Position numbers and translations under genes: made by a program. Shown piece after piece: positions 48,196 through 57,639 of a stretch of 64,000 nucleotides of DNA. Under the pieces are notes generated by a model that was not told the DNA's origin, did no database searches, and saw nothing but the letters and a program-made list of their open reading frames with translations. The stretch lies in the IMG/VR virus record IMGVR_UViG_3300042301_002266, positions 21,826-85,825 of that record, one strand, 5' to 3'. Position 1 is the first letter of the stretch, and each line of letters opens with the position of its first letter. Origin of the DNA: a virus.

Positions 48196-48978
48196 ATGGC
48201 AGACTTTAAATCAGATAAAATAGATATCATACTAGATACATATCAAAACCTTTATGCAGGGATACCCACTGGAGCACTTGTACCCATAGCAGGTCCAGTC
48301 TCTTTATACTCAGCACCCTCTGTACAATACTACATAGATTTAGGTCTTCTTCCATGCAATGGTACTCAATGGAGCATATCAACATATCAAGAACTTTATA
48401 ATATAATTACACAAAATGGATCCGTTTTTCCATTTGGAACAAACACAAATGGATCAGGTGCTGCAGGATCTACACATTTTATTTTACCTAATATGTATAC
48501 TACAAAATATTTTCTATCTGGAACAGCCTCAAATATTTCAGTATCTAATACAGTTGGTCACTCACATACACATACTGTTACTACAAACCTATCAGCAAAT
48601 AATGCAGCATGGAATCATTATCATAATTTTTCTGCTAGTTCTAATGACGTTGCTATGAATTCTCATAACCATAACTATCCTGCAGGAAATGCTTCAACTG
48701 CTGGAAATGGTGGATCAATTATATCAAAAGCTGATGCATCTGGACCAACTGCATCATCTACAAGTCATAGTCATGGAGCACTTAATATGAATGCCTCAGC
48801 CTCAGAAAATCAAAATGCTGGAAACCACTCACATACTGGAAATACAGCTACCTCTAGTGAAGTAAGTGGTGGATCTCATTCACATATTGGACAAATAACA
48901 ACAACTCCAACATTCAATAGCAATTCTGTAGCTGTATACCCATCATTTGTAAATATGCTTTACTTTATTAAGTCTTAA
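48196..48978 (+). CDS. tail-collar domain protein 3 with His-x-His repeats
   Basis: PTGALVP...LLPCNG....TYQELY...F.LP; about 6 HxH motifs; ends YFIKS. Confidence 0.82.
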   Translation: MADFKSDKIDIILDTYQNLYAGIPTGALVPIAGPVSLYSAPSVQYYIDLGLLPCNGTQWSISTYQELYNIITQNGSVFPFGTNTNGSGAAGSTHFILPNMYTTKYFLSGTASNISVSNTVGHSHTHTVTTNLSANNAAWNHYHNFSASSNDVAMNSHNHNYPAGNASTAGNGGSIISKADASGPTASSTSHSHGALNMNASASENQNAGNHSHTGNTATSSEVSGGSHSHIGQITTTPTFNSNSVAVYPSFVNMLYFIKS

Positions 48979-49010
48979 TGATATAATACTTCTAATAGAA
49001 AGAATAGGAA

Positions 49011-49736
49011 ATGTTTAACAAAACAAACAAACAAGTAATAAAATTTAAAGCAATAGATCAAAACGTTTTTAATGTTTTTGAGCCACCTGTACCTGCAAAA
49101 AAAATGATACCAGAATGGTATAAAAGACAGGACAAGCTAACAACTCCAGGACGCTTTTCAATTGGAGAAAATGGTAATCCAAATCATACAATTAAAGCTT
49201 GTATGCCAATTTTTGATGTGATTACTGCTGGATATATTTTTAAGCTTTCTGCTGATATACATTTTATTAATGATCATAATGGAAGCATCACGTCCCAATG
49301 GAGTACAAACAACCTTAGACCTATTGAATCTCATCCAACCACCCAATATCAAGAGTATAAGGTTCCAGATGGCTATCATCATACTGCATTTAAGTTCATT
49401 CAACCTTGGGTAGTTGAAACACCACCAGGATACTCTTGTTTATTTATGCAACCAGCAATGAGAGACGATCTTCCATTTCAAATTATTCCAGCAATTGTAG
49501 ATACTGATAAGCATCCCATTAAAGTAAACTTCCCATTCTTTATTAAAGAGCATTTTGAGGGAACTCTTGAAATGGGTACACCAATTATGCAAATAATTCC
49601 ATTTAAAAGAGAAGAATGGAGCCATGAAGTACTTGAAGACTTAACTCAAGTTAATAATAAAAAGTGGCTTTCAGCAGAAGGTAAAATTGGAAATAGATAT
49701 AAATCATTCTTTAGAACAATAAAGAAGTGGGACTAA
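49011..49736 (+). CDS. DUF6065-related protein
   Basis: P.PA...IPEWYK, TIKACMP..D....GY, KF..PW...TPPGYS.LF..P, IVDTD, GTP..QIIPFKR. Confidence 0.65.
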   Translation: MFNKTNKQVIKFKAIDQNVFNVFEPPVPAKKMIPEWYKRQDKLTTPGRFSIGENGNPNHTIKACMPIFDVITAGYIFKLSADIHFINDHNGSITSQWSTNNLRPIESHPTTQYQEYKVPDGYHHTAFKFIQPWVVETPPGYSCLFMQPAMRDDLPFQIIPAIVDTDKHPIKVNFPFFIKEHFEGTLEMGTPIMQIIPFKREEWSHEVLEDLTQVNNKKWLSAEGKIGNRYKSFFRTIKKWD

Positions 49737-50245
49737 TAATGGGTATGACATATGAAGAAAAGTATTTTGAGTACGACAAATATATTAAACTTGTTGTAGA
49801 TCATGAACATGGACATAAGACTATTCCAGAAATTGAAAACATAGACTATAGCCTTGCCAAAGAAGAACTTTCTGAAAATGAATTTAAAATTTTTATTATC
49901 TATTCATGTTTTAAAAAAGCAATGAATGGAGACGGTGCAGAAATTATTGACATCGCTGAGGACACATTAAAAGAACTTAAAAATGCAAGTCTAGACTTGC
50001 CACTATCTGCAGAATTTATAAATTCTTTATTTAGTTTTGATTCAGTATATAAAGTAATGTATGACCTTCTGCAATTGGCTGTTGACGGTGAATATAGAGG
50101 GATTAAAAAATCAAAAGACTACATTGATGGAGTAATAGATTCTATTATTGTTCTTAAGAAATTTCAAAGACACAACGGTTTTGGAGATTTTGAATGGACA
50201 GTAAGATGGAATAATGCTATTGATTACAACCCAAAAGATACCTAA
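49727..50245 (+). CDS. hypothetical helical protein
   Basis: Coupled between the two DUF6065-like genes; start may be the ATG at 49739. Confidence 0.6.
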   Translation: MGLIMGMTYEEKYFEYDKYIKLVVDHEHGHKTIPEIENIDYSLAKEELSENEFKIFIIYSCFKKAMNGDGAEIIDIAEDTLKELKNASLDLPLSAEFINSLFSFDSVYKVMYDLLQLAVDGEYRGIKKSKDYIDGVIDSIIVLKKFQRHNGFGDFEWTVRWNNAIDYNPKDT

Positions 50246-50982
50246 TGTCAAAAAATTTTATAGAAAAAATAAATTTGTATGATACAAATATTTACGACAT
50301 TGTTCCATCTAAAGTAAAAAAAACGTTATTAGATCAAGAAGATAATAACTCATACAAATGTAAACCACTCAATGTAGCAAATACTTACGGATGGGACGTG
50401 CTATGTCCTTTTACTTTTACAGCACATTGGAACGGTGGTAATAGGCAGCAAGATATAACTATTGAATGTTATGATGAATCTATTTGTGTTGACTGCTCTC
50501 CAATGGTATCCCACTTTGGATTTGGTACTTTAACATTTAATATGGATTTTATTATCAGAACAAATGAAAATATTTCTTTGTATGTAAGGTCTCCAATTAA
50601 TACTTATATTGAAGGAGTCCAGCCACTAGATGCAATAGTTGAAACAGATTGGCTTCCATATACCTTTACATATAATTTTAAGTTTCCAAAGCCTGGTAAG
50701 GCAAGTTTTGTAAAAGGAGATCCACTTTATACCTTTTTCCCTATTGAAAGAGGTTTTATAGAAAGCTTTGATTTAAAATCATCAAACATTAATATGTATC
50801 CAGAATTACAAAATGAATTTGAACATTATAATGATACTAGAATTATATCAAATTCTAAAGACGTAGACAATAAACCAAACAATGTCAGAGGATTCTATAC
50901 TCGTGGAGAAAATTCAATGGGAAAAAAATATAATATAAAAAATCATGTAAAAACTACAATATTAGGGTATTTTAAAAAATAA
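50245..50982 (+). CDS. DUF6065-family protein
   Basis: YKC.PL..AN..GW...CP, SHFG.G.LTF, P.N, VETDWLPYTFT.N, GDP...FFP. Confidence 0.75.
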   Translation: MSKNFIEKINLYDTNIYDIVPSKVKKTLLDQEDNNSYKCKPLNVANTYGWDVLCPFTFTAHWNGGNRQQDITIECYDESICVDCSPMVSHFGFGTLTFNMDFIIRTNENISLYVRSPINTYIEGVQPLDAIVETDWLPYTFTYNFKFPKPGKASFVKGDPLYTFFPIERGFIESFDLKSSNINMYPELQNEFEHYNDTRIISNSKDVDNKPNNVRGFYTRGENSMGKKYNIKNHVKTTILGYFKK

Positions 50983-51047
50983 AAATACTTTACTATATTG
51001 TGTAAATTTGATATAATAGAGTCCTAATTAAATTAAGGAAATAAATA

Positions 51048-51413
51048 ATGAAAATTTTAGTATATGGTACAGATACCTTTGATGACTATTCAACATTTAT
51101 GCGTGGTCTTATAGTTGCTATTGATGAAAATGCAAAGGGATCAGACGGTAAGATTGAGGTTTTTACCGCAGGTCCTAGAAAGATCAATAGTTATACTGCT
51201 GAGTTTATTAATAAGACTGAAGGATTCTTTAGACAAAAGAAAATTAGAACAAGATTTCGTAGAATACCTCGCTCAGAAGCTATTGAAAACTTTGAGTCCT
51301 ATGGGTTTGATCATGTATTATCATTTAACAATAAAAAAGATCCCAAATTCTTTGATGTTTTGATGGATAAGGCTGAAATTCTTAACATTAATTCGTCTTA
51401 CTACAAATATTAG
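51048..51413 (+). CDS. YspA/SLOG-like protein
   Basis: MKILVYG...FDDY..F N-terminus. Confidence 0.5.
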   Translation: MKILVYGTDTFDDYSTFMRGLIVAIDENAKGSDGKIEVFTAGPRKINSYTAEFINKTEGFFRQKKIRTRFRRIPRSEAIENFESYGFDHVLSFNNKKDPKFFDVLMDKAEILNINSSYYKY

Positions 51414-51427
51414 GATATAATATACTT

Positions 51428-51790
51428 ATGGCTAATCTAGTTTTTACACCAGCAGAGGTAAATGTTTCCATGACTAAAGGAGATTCTCTTAGCATGAATA
51501 TTACCCTACAAAATGATGACGGCACTGCCTATGGATTACCTGCTGGAACATTAACTTTTACATCTTCAATTAAAAAGGTTAGTGATAGTACGTCTGCAGG
51601 AACATTTACCTGCACACAGGTTGGTACAACCAATGTTATTACGATGTATATGAGCCCTACAATAAGTGCTGCCCTAGTTCCAGGTACACAATATAAGTAT
51701 GATCTACAAATGGCTGCAGGTAATGACTCAACAGGAACAAAGAAAACTTTTATTAAAGGAACTATTGATGTGGAAAGTGATGTTACATAA
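51428..51790 (+). CDS. BppU-like Ig-fold structural protein
   Basis: KGDS.....TL...YKYDLQ...T..KGTI.V..DVT. Confidence 0.6.
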   Translation: MANLVFTPAEVNVSMTKGDSLSMNITLQNDDGTAYGLPAGTLTFTSSIKKVSDSTSAGTFTCTQVGTTNVITMYMSPTISAALVPGTQYKYDLQMAAGNDSTGTKKTFIKGTIDVESDVT

Positions 51791-52776
51791 TGTCTAATGC
51801 AAATGTTGTTGTTAATGTAGATGATGGTATTGTTACCAGTGCGTCTAGTATTTTAGCCCCTAAGGTAAACCCAGTATTTCAAGGTACTGTATTCCTTGAT
51901 GAGGATGCAGTTCTTGTTTTTGAAGGTAGTACGCCAAATAATTTTGAAACAACCTTAACTGCTGTAGATCCTACTGCAGATAGAACAATTAACCTACCAA
52001 ATCTTAGTGGAACACTTGTTGTTTCAGAGTCTGCAACATTTACTTCAAATGCTACTTTTAATGGAAATATTATTTTTGAAGGTGCAGTACCAGATAATTT
52101 TGAAACAACACTTACCGTTGCAGAACCTACGGAAGACAGAGTAATTACACTTCCGAATGCCACAACCACAGTAGTTGGAACAGATGTTGTACAAACTCTT
52201 ACAAACAAAACTTTAACAAGCCCAACAATTTCAACACCAACAGTTTCTGGACTATACCTATCAGACTCTTCAATTACTTTTGAAGGTGCAAGTGCAAATG
52301 AACATGAAACAATCCTTACAGTAGCTGATCCAACTTCTGCTGATGTTACAATTACTCTTCCAGCAACTACAGGAACTGTTGCTTTAACAAGCCAGCTTGC
52401 TTCCTATCAGCCACTTGATGCAGACTTAACAGCCATTGGTGCACTTTCTGGAACGTCAGGACTGCTAAAAAAGACTGCAGCAAATACATATGAGTTAGAT
52501 ACCACTACATATGTAAGTGCCTCTGATGTAAGATCAGGAACAACAACAGTAACCCTATCCTCTGGATATGGAACGGCAACTGTAAATGGTTTCCTTTCAA
52601 CTCAAAATGTTGTTGCAAGCTACAAGCCAGCAGCAGGTGCTTATACTTCGTCTTCAAACACTTACTCTATTGCAGTAGAAACTCCAACAGATACGACAAC
52701 TAGAAAGTTTCACGTTAAAAGTTCTAGTGGATCAGAGTCTGGATCAATAGTTTTAAACTATCTTGCAATAGTATAG
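51790..52776 (+). CDS. short fibre-like structural protein
   Basis: Three FEG...(N/E).FETTLT..DPT.DR.I.LP repeats, QTLTNKTLTSP, QPLDADLTAI. Confidence 0.75.
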   Translation: MSNANVVVNVDDGIVTSASSILAPKVNPVFQGTVFLDEDAVLVFEGSTPNNFETTLTAVDPTADRTINLPNLSGTLVVSESATFTSNATFNGNIIFEGAVPDNFETTLTVAEPTEDRVITLPNATTTVVGTDVVQTLTNKTLTSPTISTPTVSGLYLSDSSITFEGASANEHETILTVADPTSADVTITLPATTGTVALTSQLASYQPLDADLTAIGALSGTSGLLKKTAANTYELDTTTYVSASDVRSGTTTVTLSSGYGTATVNGFLSTQNVVASYKPAAGAYTSSSNTYSIAVETPTDTTTRKFHVKSSSGSESGSIVLNYLAIV

Positions 52777-52778
52777 TG

Positions 52779-52807
52779 TTGACATCTCAATTAAACAATG
52801 ATATTAT
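52779..52807 (+). promoter_or_regulatory. sigma70-type promoter of the whiB/glycosylation operon
   Basis: TTGACA-17-TATTAT with extended TG. Confidence 0.75.
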
Positions 52808-52840
52808 TGTCTAATAATATCCCAAACAATTAGGAAAAAT

Positions 52841-53071
52841 ATGTTAGTTACAAGTTATGAGTACGCCCATCAAATTGTGGACTCAAATAAGAATCTTCTA
52901 TGGGATGGATGGAATATTTTAGAAGCTAAAGAAAGCTTGGGTGCAGAATATAAGCCTGACGGTAAACTTATCAACGGTAAATGGCACTATGTAAAGTCAT
53001 TTAATTTAACAGAAAATGGTTGGGAGGTTCCAACAAAGTATGTTAGATCACGAATGGATAGTAAAAGCTAA
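52841..53071 (+). CDS. hypothetical protein
   Basis: First gene after the promoter; L.WDGW motif. Confidence 0.65.
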   Translation: MLVTSYEYAHQIVDSNKNLLWDGWNILEAKESLGAEYKPDGKLINGKWHYVKSFNLTENGWEVPTKYVRSRMDSKS

Positions 53072-53312
53072 GTGTAGGTCTATGGATCGTGAGTTATTTT
53101 TTGATAAGTACGAAGAAGATCAAGACTTAGCTAAGGTTGTGGATAACATTTGTCTAACCTGTCCAGTAATATCTGAATGCTTTACTCATGGAACAACCAA
53201 TGAGGAATGGGGAGTATGGGGTGGAGTTTATCTTGTGGACGGAGAAATTAGTCCATCCAAAAACTTCCACAAGACACCTGAAATTTGGACAGAGATTCTA
53301 GGAGCAGTTTAA
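53040..53312 (+). CDS. whiB: WhiB-family Fe-S transcription factor
   Basis: W...AKC...D.ELFF...C..CPV..EC...GVWGG. Confidence 0.92.
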   Translation: MLDHEWIVKAKCRSMDRELFFDKYEEDQDLAKVVDNICLTCPVISECFTHGTTNEEWGVWGGVYLVDGEISPSKNFHKTPEIWTEILGAV

Positions 53313-53576
53313 GTGCCTAAGTTTACTAAAGAAATGTCAATGGCTGTACATAGATTAAAGCCACCATATAAAGGATTAATCATTGACTTTGTGGAACATA
53401 AAGATTATGTAGGTATCCGTATTTATGAGAATCAAATCATGGCTATGAATGAAACTCAAAAAGTGAGTATAATGGAGTATCTGCAATTACTTAGAATAAC
53501 TATTGAGTCATTCGGTGTAAAAGCAAATTTTGACGGAGCAAAAGGAGACCCTCCAAGAGGTACATATGTTTCATAG
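53313..53576 (+). CDS. hypothetical protein
   Basis: GTG start adjacent to the whiB stop. Confidence 0.6.
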   Translation: MPKFTKEMSMAVHRLKPPYKGLIIDFVEHKDYVGIRIYENQIMAMNETQKVSIMEYLQLLRITIESFGVKANFDGAKGDPPRGTYVS

Positions 53577-53757
53577 ATTAGTTTGGATGATTGAAGAGCA
53601 GGTAACTGCTGAATTAGTATCTTTTGGTGCTCACTCATCCCGTGTTAAGTATAATCTTAATGGAATTATATTTGACGAAATAGTTATGAACGAAGACTTT
53701 ATTCCTTATGATGAACTTGGAATCGCATACGAAACATTTGGAGACGATGATGCGTAA
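53566..53757 (+). CDS. hypothetical protein
   Basis: GAGG RBS; coupled. Confidence 0.55.
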   Translation: MFHRLVWMIEEQVTAELVSFGAHSSRVKYNLNGIIFDEIVMNEDFIPYDELGIAYETFGDDDA

Positions 53758-54490
53758 AGCTGTTGTCTTTACATCATATAATAGATCAGATTATCTTAAA
53801 GAAACATTAAGGTCCTGGAGAGATGTTGCAAATAAAAATGGATATGATTTCTTTTTTAAATTAGAACCATCTCCCATGCAAAAAAATATGGAAAAGAAAA
53901 TGATTAACTTTTTAAGTGAGCAAAAATTATATGGAGATGTAATAAATAATCCAGAAAGATGCGGTGTTCTCCTTAATCCCTGGGAAGGTCTCAACACTAT
54001 GTTTGAACAAGGATATGACTTTGTAGTATTAGCAGAAGATGACATTGAGGTATCAGATGACATATTACATTTCTTTGACGATCTATCTGAAAGACACCTA
54101 AGAGATGAAGAACTATTAGCAATTTGTGCAAGTAATTTATGGTCAATAGAGGTAGATAATGCTGACCCTACAACATATTTTAAGCGTTCTTATTTCTCAC
54201 CATTGATTTGGGGAACTTGGAAAGATAGATGGAGTAGTTATTTAAGAGATACATGGGATAAAGATTACTCATCTGGAGGTTCAGAAAACTCTGGATGGGA
54301 TTGGAATATTGCATTAAGAGTTATTCCAGAAAATAATTTAAAGTGTATTTTCCCTGAGAAATCAAGGTCAAGACATATAGGAAAAAAGGGTGTTCATATG
54401 AGAGAAGAAGACTATCACACAAGTGTTGCCCAAAGTTTTTCTTATCATAATGATTATTTAGGATATAAGGAGATACCAAGTGCTTGGTAA
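53747..54490 (+). CDS. GT-A glycosyltransferase
   Basis: SYNR..YL..TL, LAEDDI, WGTWKDRW, WDW, SRSRHIG..G.H. Confidence 0.85.
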   Translation: MMRKAVVFTSYNRSDYLKETLRSWRDVANKNGYDFFFKLEPSPMQKNMEKKMINFLSEQKLYGDVINNPERCGVLLNPWEGLNTMFEQGYDFVVLAEDDIEVSDDILHFFDDLSERHLRDEELLAICASNLWSIEVDNADPTTYFKRSYFSPLIWGTWKDRWSSYLRDTWDKDYSSGGSENSGWDWNIALRVIPENNLKCIFPEKSRSRHIGKKGVHMREEDYHTSVAQSFSYHNDYLGYKEIPSAW

Positions 54491-55148
54491 AGATGTATTA
54501 GTAATTGTTCCAACAAGAGGGAGACCAGATGCTTCAGTAGAATTTCATAAAGAGTTTTTACAAAAGTCAATGATCAGTGATTTAGTGTTTGCAATTGATG
54601 AAGACGATGCAGATAGCTACCCACGCATTGACGGTGTATTTTATGAAGTAAACCCTAGAATGGGTATGAATGGTACGTTAAATTATGTTGCAAATAAGTA
54701 TGCTAATAGTTATAAGTATATTGTATTTATGGGAGATGACCACAGGGTCAGAACCTTTGGATGGGATTTAGTTATGGCTGAAAAGATTGGTAGTCTTGGG
54801 GTTGCTTATGGTAATGATTTAATTCAGGGACAGGCATTACCAACAGCAGTAATGATGTCCTCTAAGATTATTAAGGCTATTGGATACATGGCTCCACCCA
54901 AGCAAAAACATATGTACTTGGATAACTTCTGGCTAGATCTTGGTACAAGATTAAATGCTATCCATTATCTAGAAGATGTAATTATTGAACACTTACATTT
55001 CAGCGTAGGAAAATCTGATATAGATTCAAGCTATCAAGAAACAAATGACTCTGCTATATACAATGCAGATAAAGTGGCTTATGATGAATACCTTTTAACA
55101 CAGATGGATATTGATTTAGATAAGATATTAAGATGCGTAAACGACTAA
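54480..55148 (+). CDS. GT-A (family 2-like) glycosyltransferase
   Basis: VIVPTRGRP, IDEDD, MGDDH, H.YLDN, IEHLH. Confidence 0.85.
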   Translation: MLGKDVLVIVPTRGRPDASVEFHKEFLQKSMISDLVFAIDEDDADSYPRIDGVFYEVNPRMGMNGTLNYVANKYANSYKYIVFMGDDHRVRTFGWDLVMAEKIGSLGVAYGNDLIQGQALPTAVMMSSKIIKAIGYMAPPKQKHMYLDNFWLDLGTRLNAIHYLEDVIIEHLHFSVGKSDIDSSYQETNDSAIYNADKVAYDEYLLTQMDIDLDKILRCVND

Positions 55149-55678
55149 GAAAAAAGTATACTGACAAAGAACTAAAACTAGTATATGCAAAACCTCACGA
55201 ACACCATCATTGGGAAGACCATAAGATTCGTGTTGAATATACCATAGAGGTCGCCAAACAAATACAGGGAGTAGAAAGTGTAGCAGACCTATCTGCAGGT
55301 GATGCCACAATTATAAACGCCTTAAATGTATCTAACAAGTTTATCGGTGATTTTGCACCTAAGTATGAGTTTGAAGGTGCTATTGAAGAAACAATAGATT
55401 TAATACCTAAGGTAGATTTGTTTATTTTATCAGAGACCTTAGAGCATATTGATGATCCTGAATATGTCTTAAAAAAGATTAGAGAAAAGACCAGCAAGCT
55501 TTTGCTTACAACCCCAGAGGGTAAGTTTGATGATACCAACCCAGAGCACTACTGGGCATGGGATAATGAAGCAATAAGAAAACTTTTAATTTCCACTGGA
55601 TTTATACCAGTAAGGTATGATAAACTTGAACTCGCTCAAAAATATTACTACGACTATCAGATATGGGTATGTGAATGA
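55133..55678 (+). CDS. SAM-dependent methyltransferase-like protein
   Basis: VADLSAGD, SETLEHIDDP, LLTTP, HYWAWD; similar to 34108..34683. Confidence 0.8.
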   Translation: MRKRLRKKYTDKELKLVYAKPHEHHHWEDHKIRVEYTIEVAKQIQGVESVADLSAGDATIINALNVSNKFIGDFAPKYEFEGAIEETIDLIPKVDLFILSETLEHIDDPEYVLKKIREKTSKLLLTTPEGKFDDTNPEHYWAWDNEAIRKLLISTGFIPVRYDKLELAQKYYYDYQIWVCE

Positions 55679-56541
55679 GAATTTTAATTACGGGTCATAA
55701 AGGCTTTGTTGGTGGATACTTTATGCGTAAGTATAAAGACCACGATATTGTAGGTATTGATATCAAAGAAGGCAATGATTGCCGTGACTTCTTTAAAGAG
55801 GATGACTCATACTTTGATATGGTAATTCACCTTGCTGCAATTGTTGGGGGTAGAGTAACTATTGAAGGTAATCCCCTTTCTGTGGCAACAGACCTATCAA
55901 TTGATGCAGAGATGTTTAACTGGGCTATGCGTACAAGACCAGGCAGGGTTGTTTATTTTAGTTCTTCTGCTGCATATCCAACCAAGTTCCAAACTGGTGC
56001 AAATCCATTAAAGCTTTCAGAACAAATGCTAGACTTATATGCTGTATCAAACCCAGACTTAACTTATGGATGGGCAAAGCTTACAGGAGAATATCTTGCT
56101 AGGTTTGCACAAGAGGCAGGTATTCGCACACATATATTCCGTCCATTCTCAGGGTACGGTACAGACCAAGACCTTGACTATCCATTCCCATCTTATATTA
56201 CAAGAGCATTAAGACAAGATAACCCATTTGATATTTGGGGTGATGGACATCAGGTAAGAGACTTTATCCATATGCAAGACATTGTAGATGCAGTAGATAA
56301 AGCTATTGAATTAGATATTCCTGGTCCAGTTAATCTTGGTTCAGGAGAAGCAACATCATTTAGAGACTTAGCTAAACTTGTTTGTAAATTACAGGGCTAC
56401 TCTCCAGAATATAATTTTATTGAAACAGCACCAGTAGGTGTTACATATCGTGTTTCAGATCCAAGAAAAATGTTAAGTTTTTATAAGCCAAAGATTAGCC
56501 TTACTCAAGGAATTGTTAAGGCACTAGAAGGAAATATTTAA
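55675..56541 (+). CDS. NAD-dependent sugar epimerase/dehydratase
   Basis: ITGHKGFVG, HLAA, SSSAAY, YGWAK, RDFIH. Confidence 0.92.
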   Translation: MRILITGHKGFVGGYFMRKYKDHDIVGIDIKEGNDCRDFFKEDDSYFDMVIHLAAIVGGRVTIEGNPLSVATDLSIDAEMFNWAMRTRPGRVVYFSSSAAYPTKFQTGANPLKLSEQMLDLYAVSNPDLTYGWAKLTGEYLARFAQEAGIRTHIFRPFSGYGTDQDLDYPFPSYITRALRQDNPFDIWGDGHQVRDFIHMQDIVDAVDKAIELDIPGPVNLGSGEATSFRDLAKLVCKLQGYSPEYNFIETAPVGVTYRVSDPRKMLSFYKPKISLTQGIVKALEGNI

Positions 56542-57572
56542 TGATAAAATTTAAAGATTCAAAACAGTTATGTTTTGATGACATACTTATGGTGCCACAG
56601 CACTCAGATATTGAAAGCAGAAAAGACGTAAGTCTCTCAATGATTATTGGGAATGATATTATTTTAGGTTTTCCAGTAATTGCTTCTCCAATGGACACTG
56701 TATGTGAATTAGACATGGCAGTTGCAATAGGAAAAAGTAGTGGCTTAGGAATCATTCATAGATTTATGGCAATAGAAGAGCAAGTAAAACAGGTTAAATC
56801 TGCTGCCACTGAACACAAAGTAATTGTTGGTGCTGCAGTTGGTGCAAAAGGATCTTACTTGCACGATGCAGAAAGACTTGTAGAGGCAGGGGCATCTGTA
56901 ATTCTTGTTGATACAGCAAATGGTCATAGTCAATATGCTATTGATGCAGTAAAAAACTTAAAAAAACTATTTAAAGATATCCACATTATGGCTGGAAACG
57001 TTTCTACTTATGAAGGCTTTAAAGCACTAGCAAAAGCAGGAGCTAATTCTATTCGTGTTGGAATTGGTGGTGGTTCTGTATGTACAACAAGACTGGTATC
57101 TGGTCATGGTATACCTACCCTTTCCTCAATTCTAGATATTGTTGAAATGAGAAACAAATCTAAGTATTCAAATGTAGCCATTATTGCTGATGGTGGTATC
57201 AAAACATCAGGTGACATGATTAAAGCCTTCTCAGCAGGTGCTGATGCCGTTATGTTAGGATCTATGCTTGCTGGTACAGATGAGTCTCCAGGTAGCGTAT
57301 TTATTGATGCAACTGGAAAGTACAAATCTTTTAGAGGTATGGCTAGTTTAGAAGCAAATCAGGGTAAAGATATTGCTGTATCTGAAGGGGTTTCAACAAG
57401 GGTTCCTTACAAAGGTTCTGTCTATAACATTATTAATGATATCAAGGGTGGCATGGGGTCTGGATGTTCTTATTCTGGAGTTCGTAATCTTTGTGAACTA
57501 TATGATAATGCAATGTATATTGAAGTTTCAAGCCTCTCGGTAAGTGAAAGCAAGCCACACGCTATTAAGTAG
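56541..57572 (+). CDS. IMP dehydrogenase / GMP reductase family enzyme (no CBS domains)
   Basis: [48 protein letters not shown]. Confidence 0.92.
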   Translation: MIKFKDSKQLCFDDILMVPQHSDIESRKDVSLSMIIGNDIILGFPVIASPMDTVCELDMAVAIGKSSGLGIIHRFMAIEEQVKQVKSAATEHKVIVGAAVGAKGSYLHDAERLVEAGASVILVDTANGHSQYAIDAVKNLKKLFKDIHIMAGNVSTYEGFKALAKAGANSIRVGIGGGSVCTTRLVSGHGIPTLSSILDIVEMRNKSKYSNVAIIADGGIKTSGDMIKAFSAGADAVMLGSMLAGTDESPGSVFIDATGKYKSFRGMASLEANQGKDIAVSEGVSTRVPYKGSVYNIINDIKGGMGSGCSYSGVRNLCELYDNAMYIEVSSLSVSESKPHAIK

Positions 57573-57639
57573 TCTTGTTATTCTCCTAATGATATAATAG
57601 ATTTGTTAGTCTTTATAAGACTAACGGGGAGAATAAAAA

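Noticed and set aside
46742-48978. Diversity-generating retroelement or invertible shufflon acting on fibre tips
   Set aside because: No reverse transcriptase or recombinase in the window, no near-identical TR/VR pair or inverted crossover sites seen, and the paralogs are highly diverged and co-oriented.
53747-57572. DNA hypermodification (7-deazaguanine or glucosyl-hmC) pathway
   Set aside because: No Que/Dpd, hydroxymethylase or TET/JBP genes in the window, and the apparent restriction-site avoidance argues against shielded DNA. Such genes elsewhere in the genome are not excluded.
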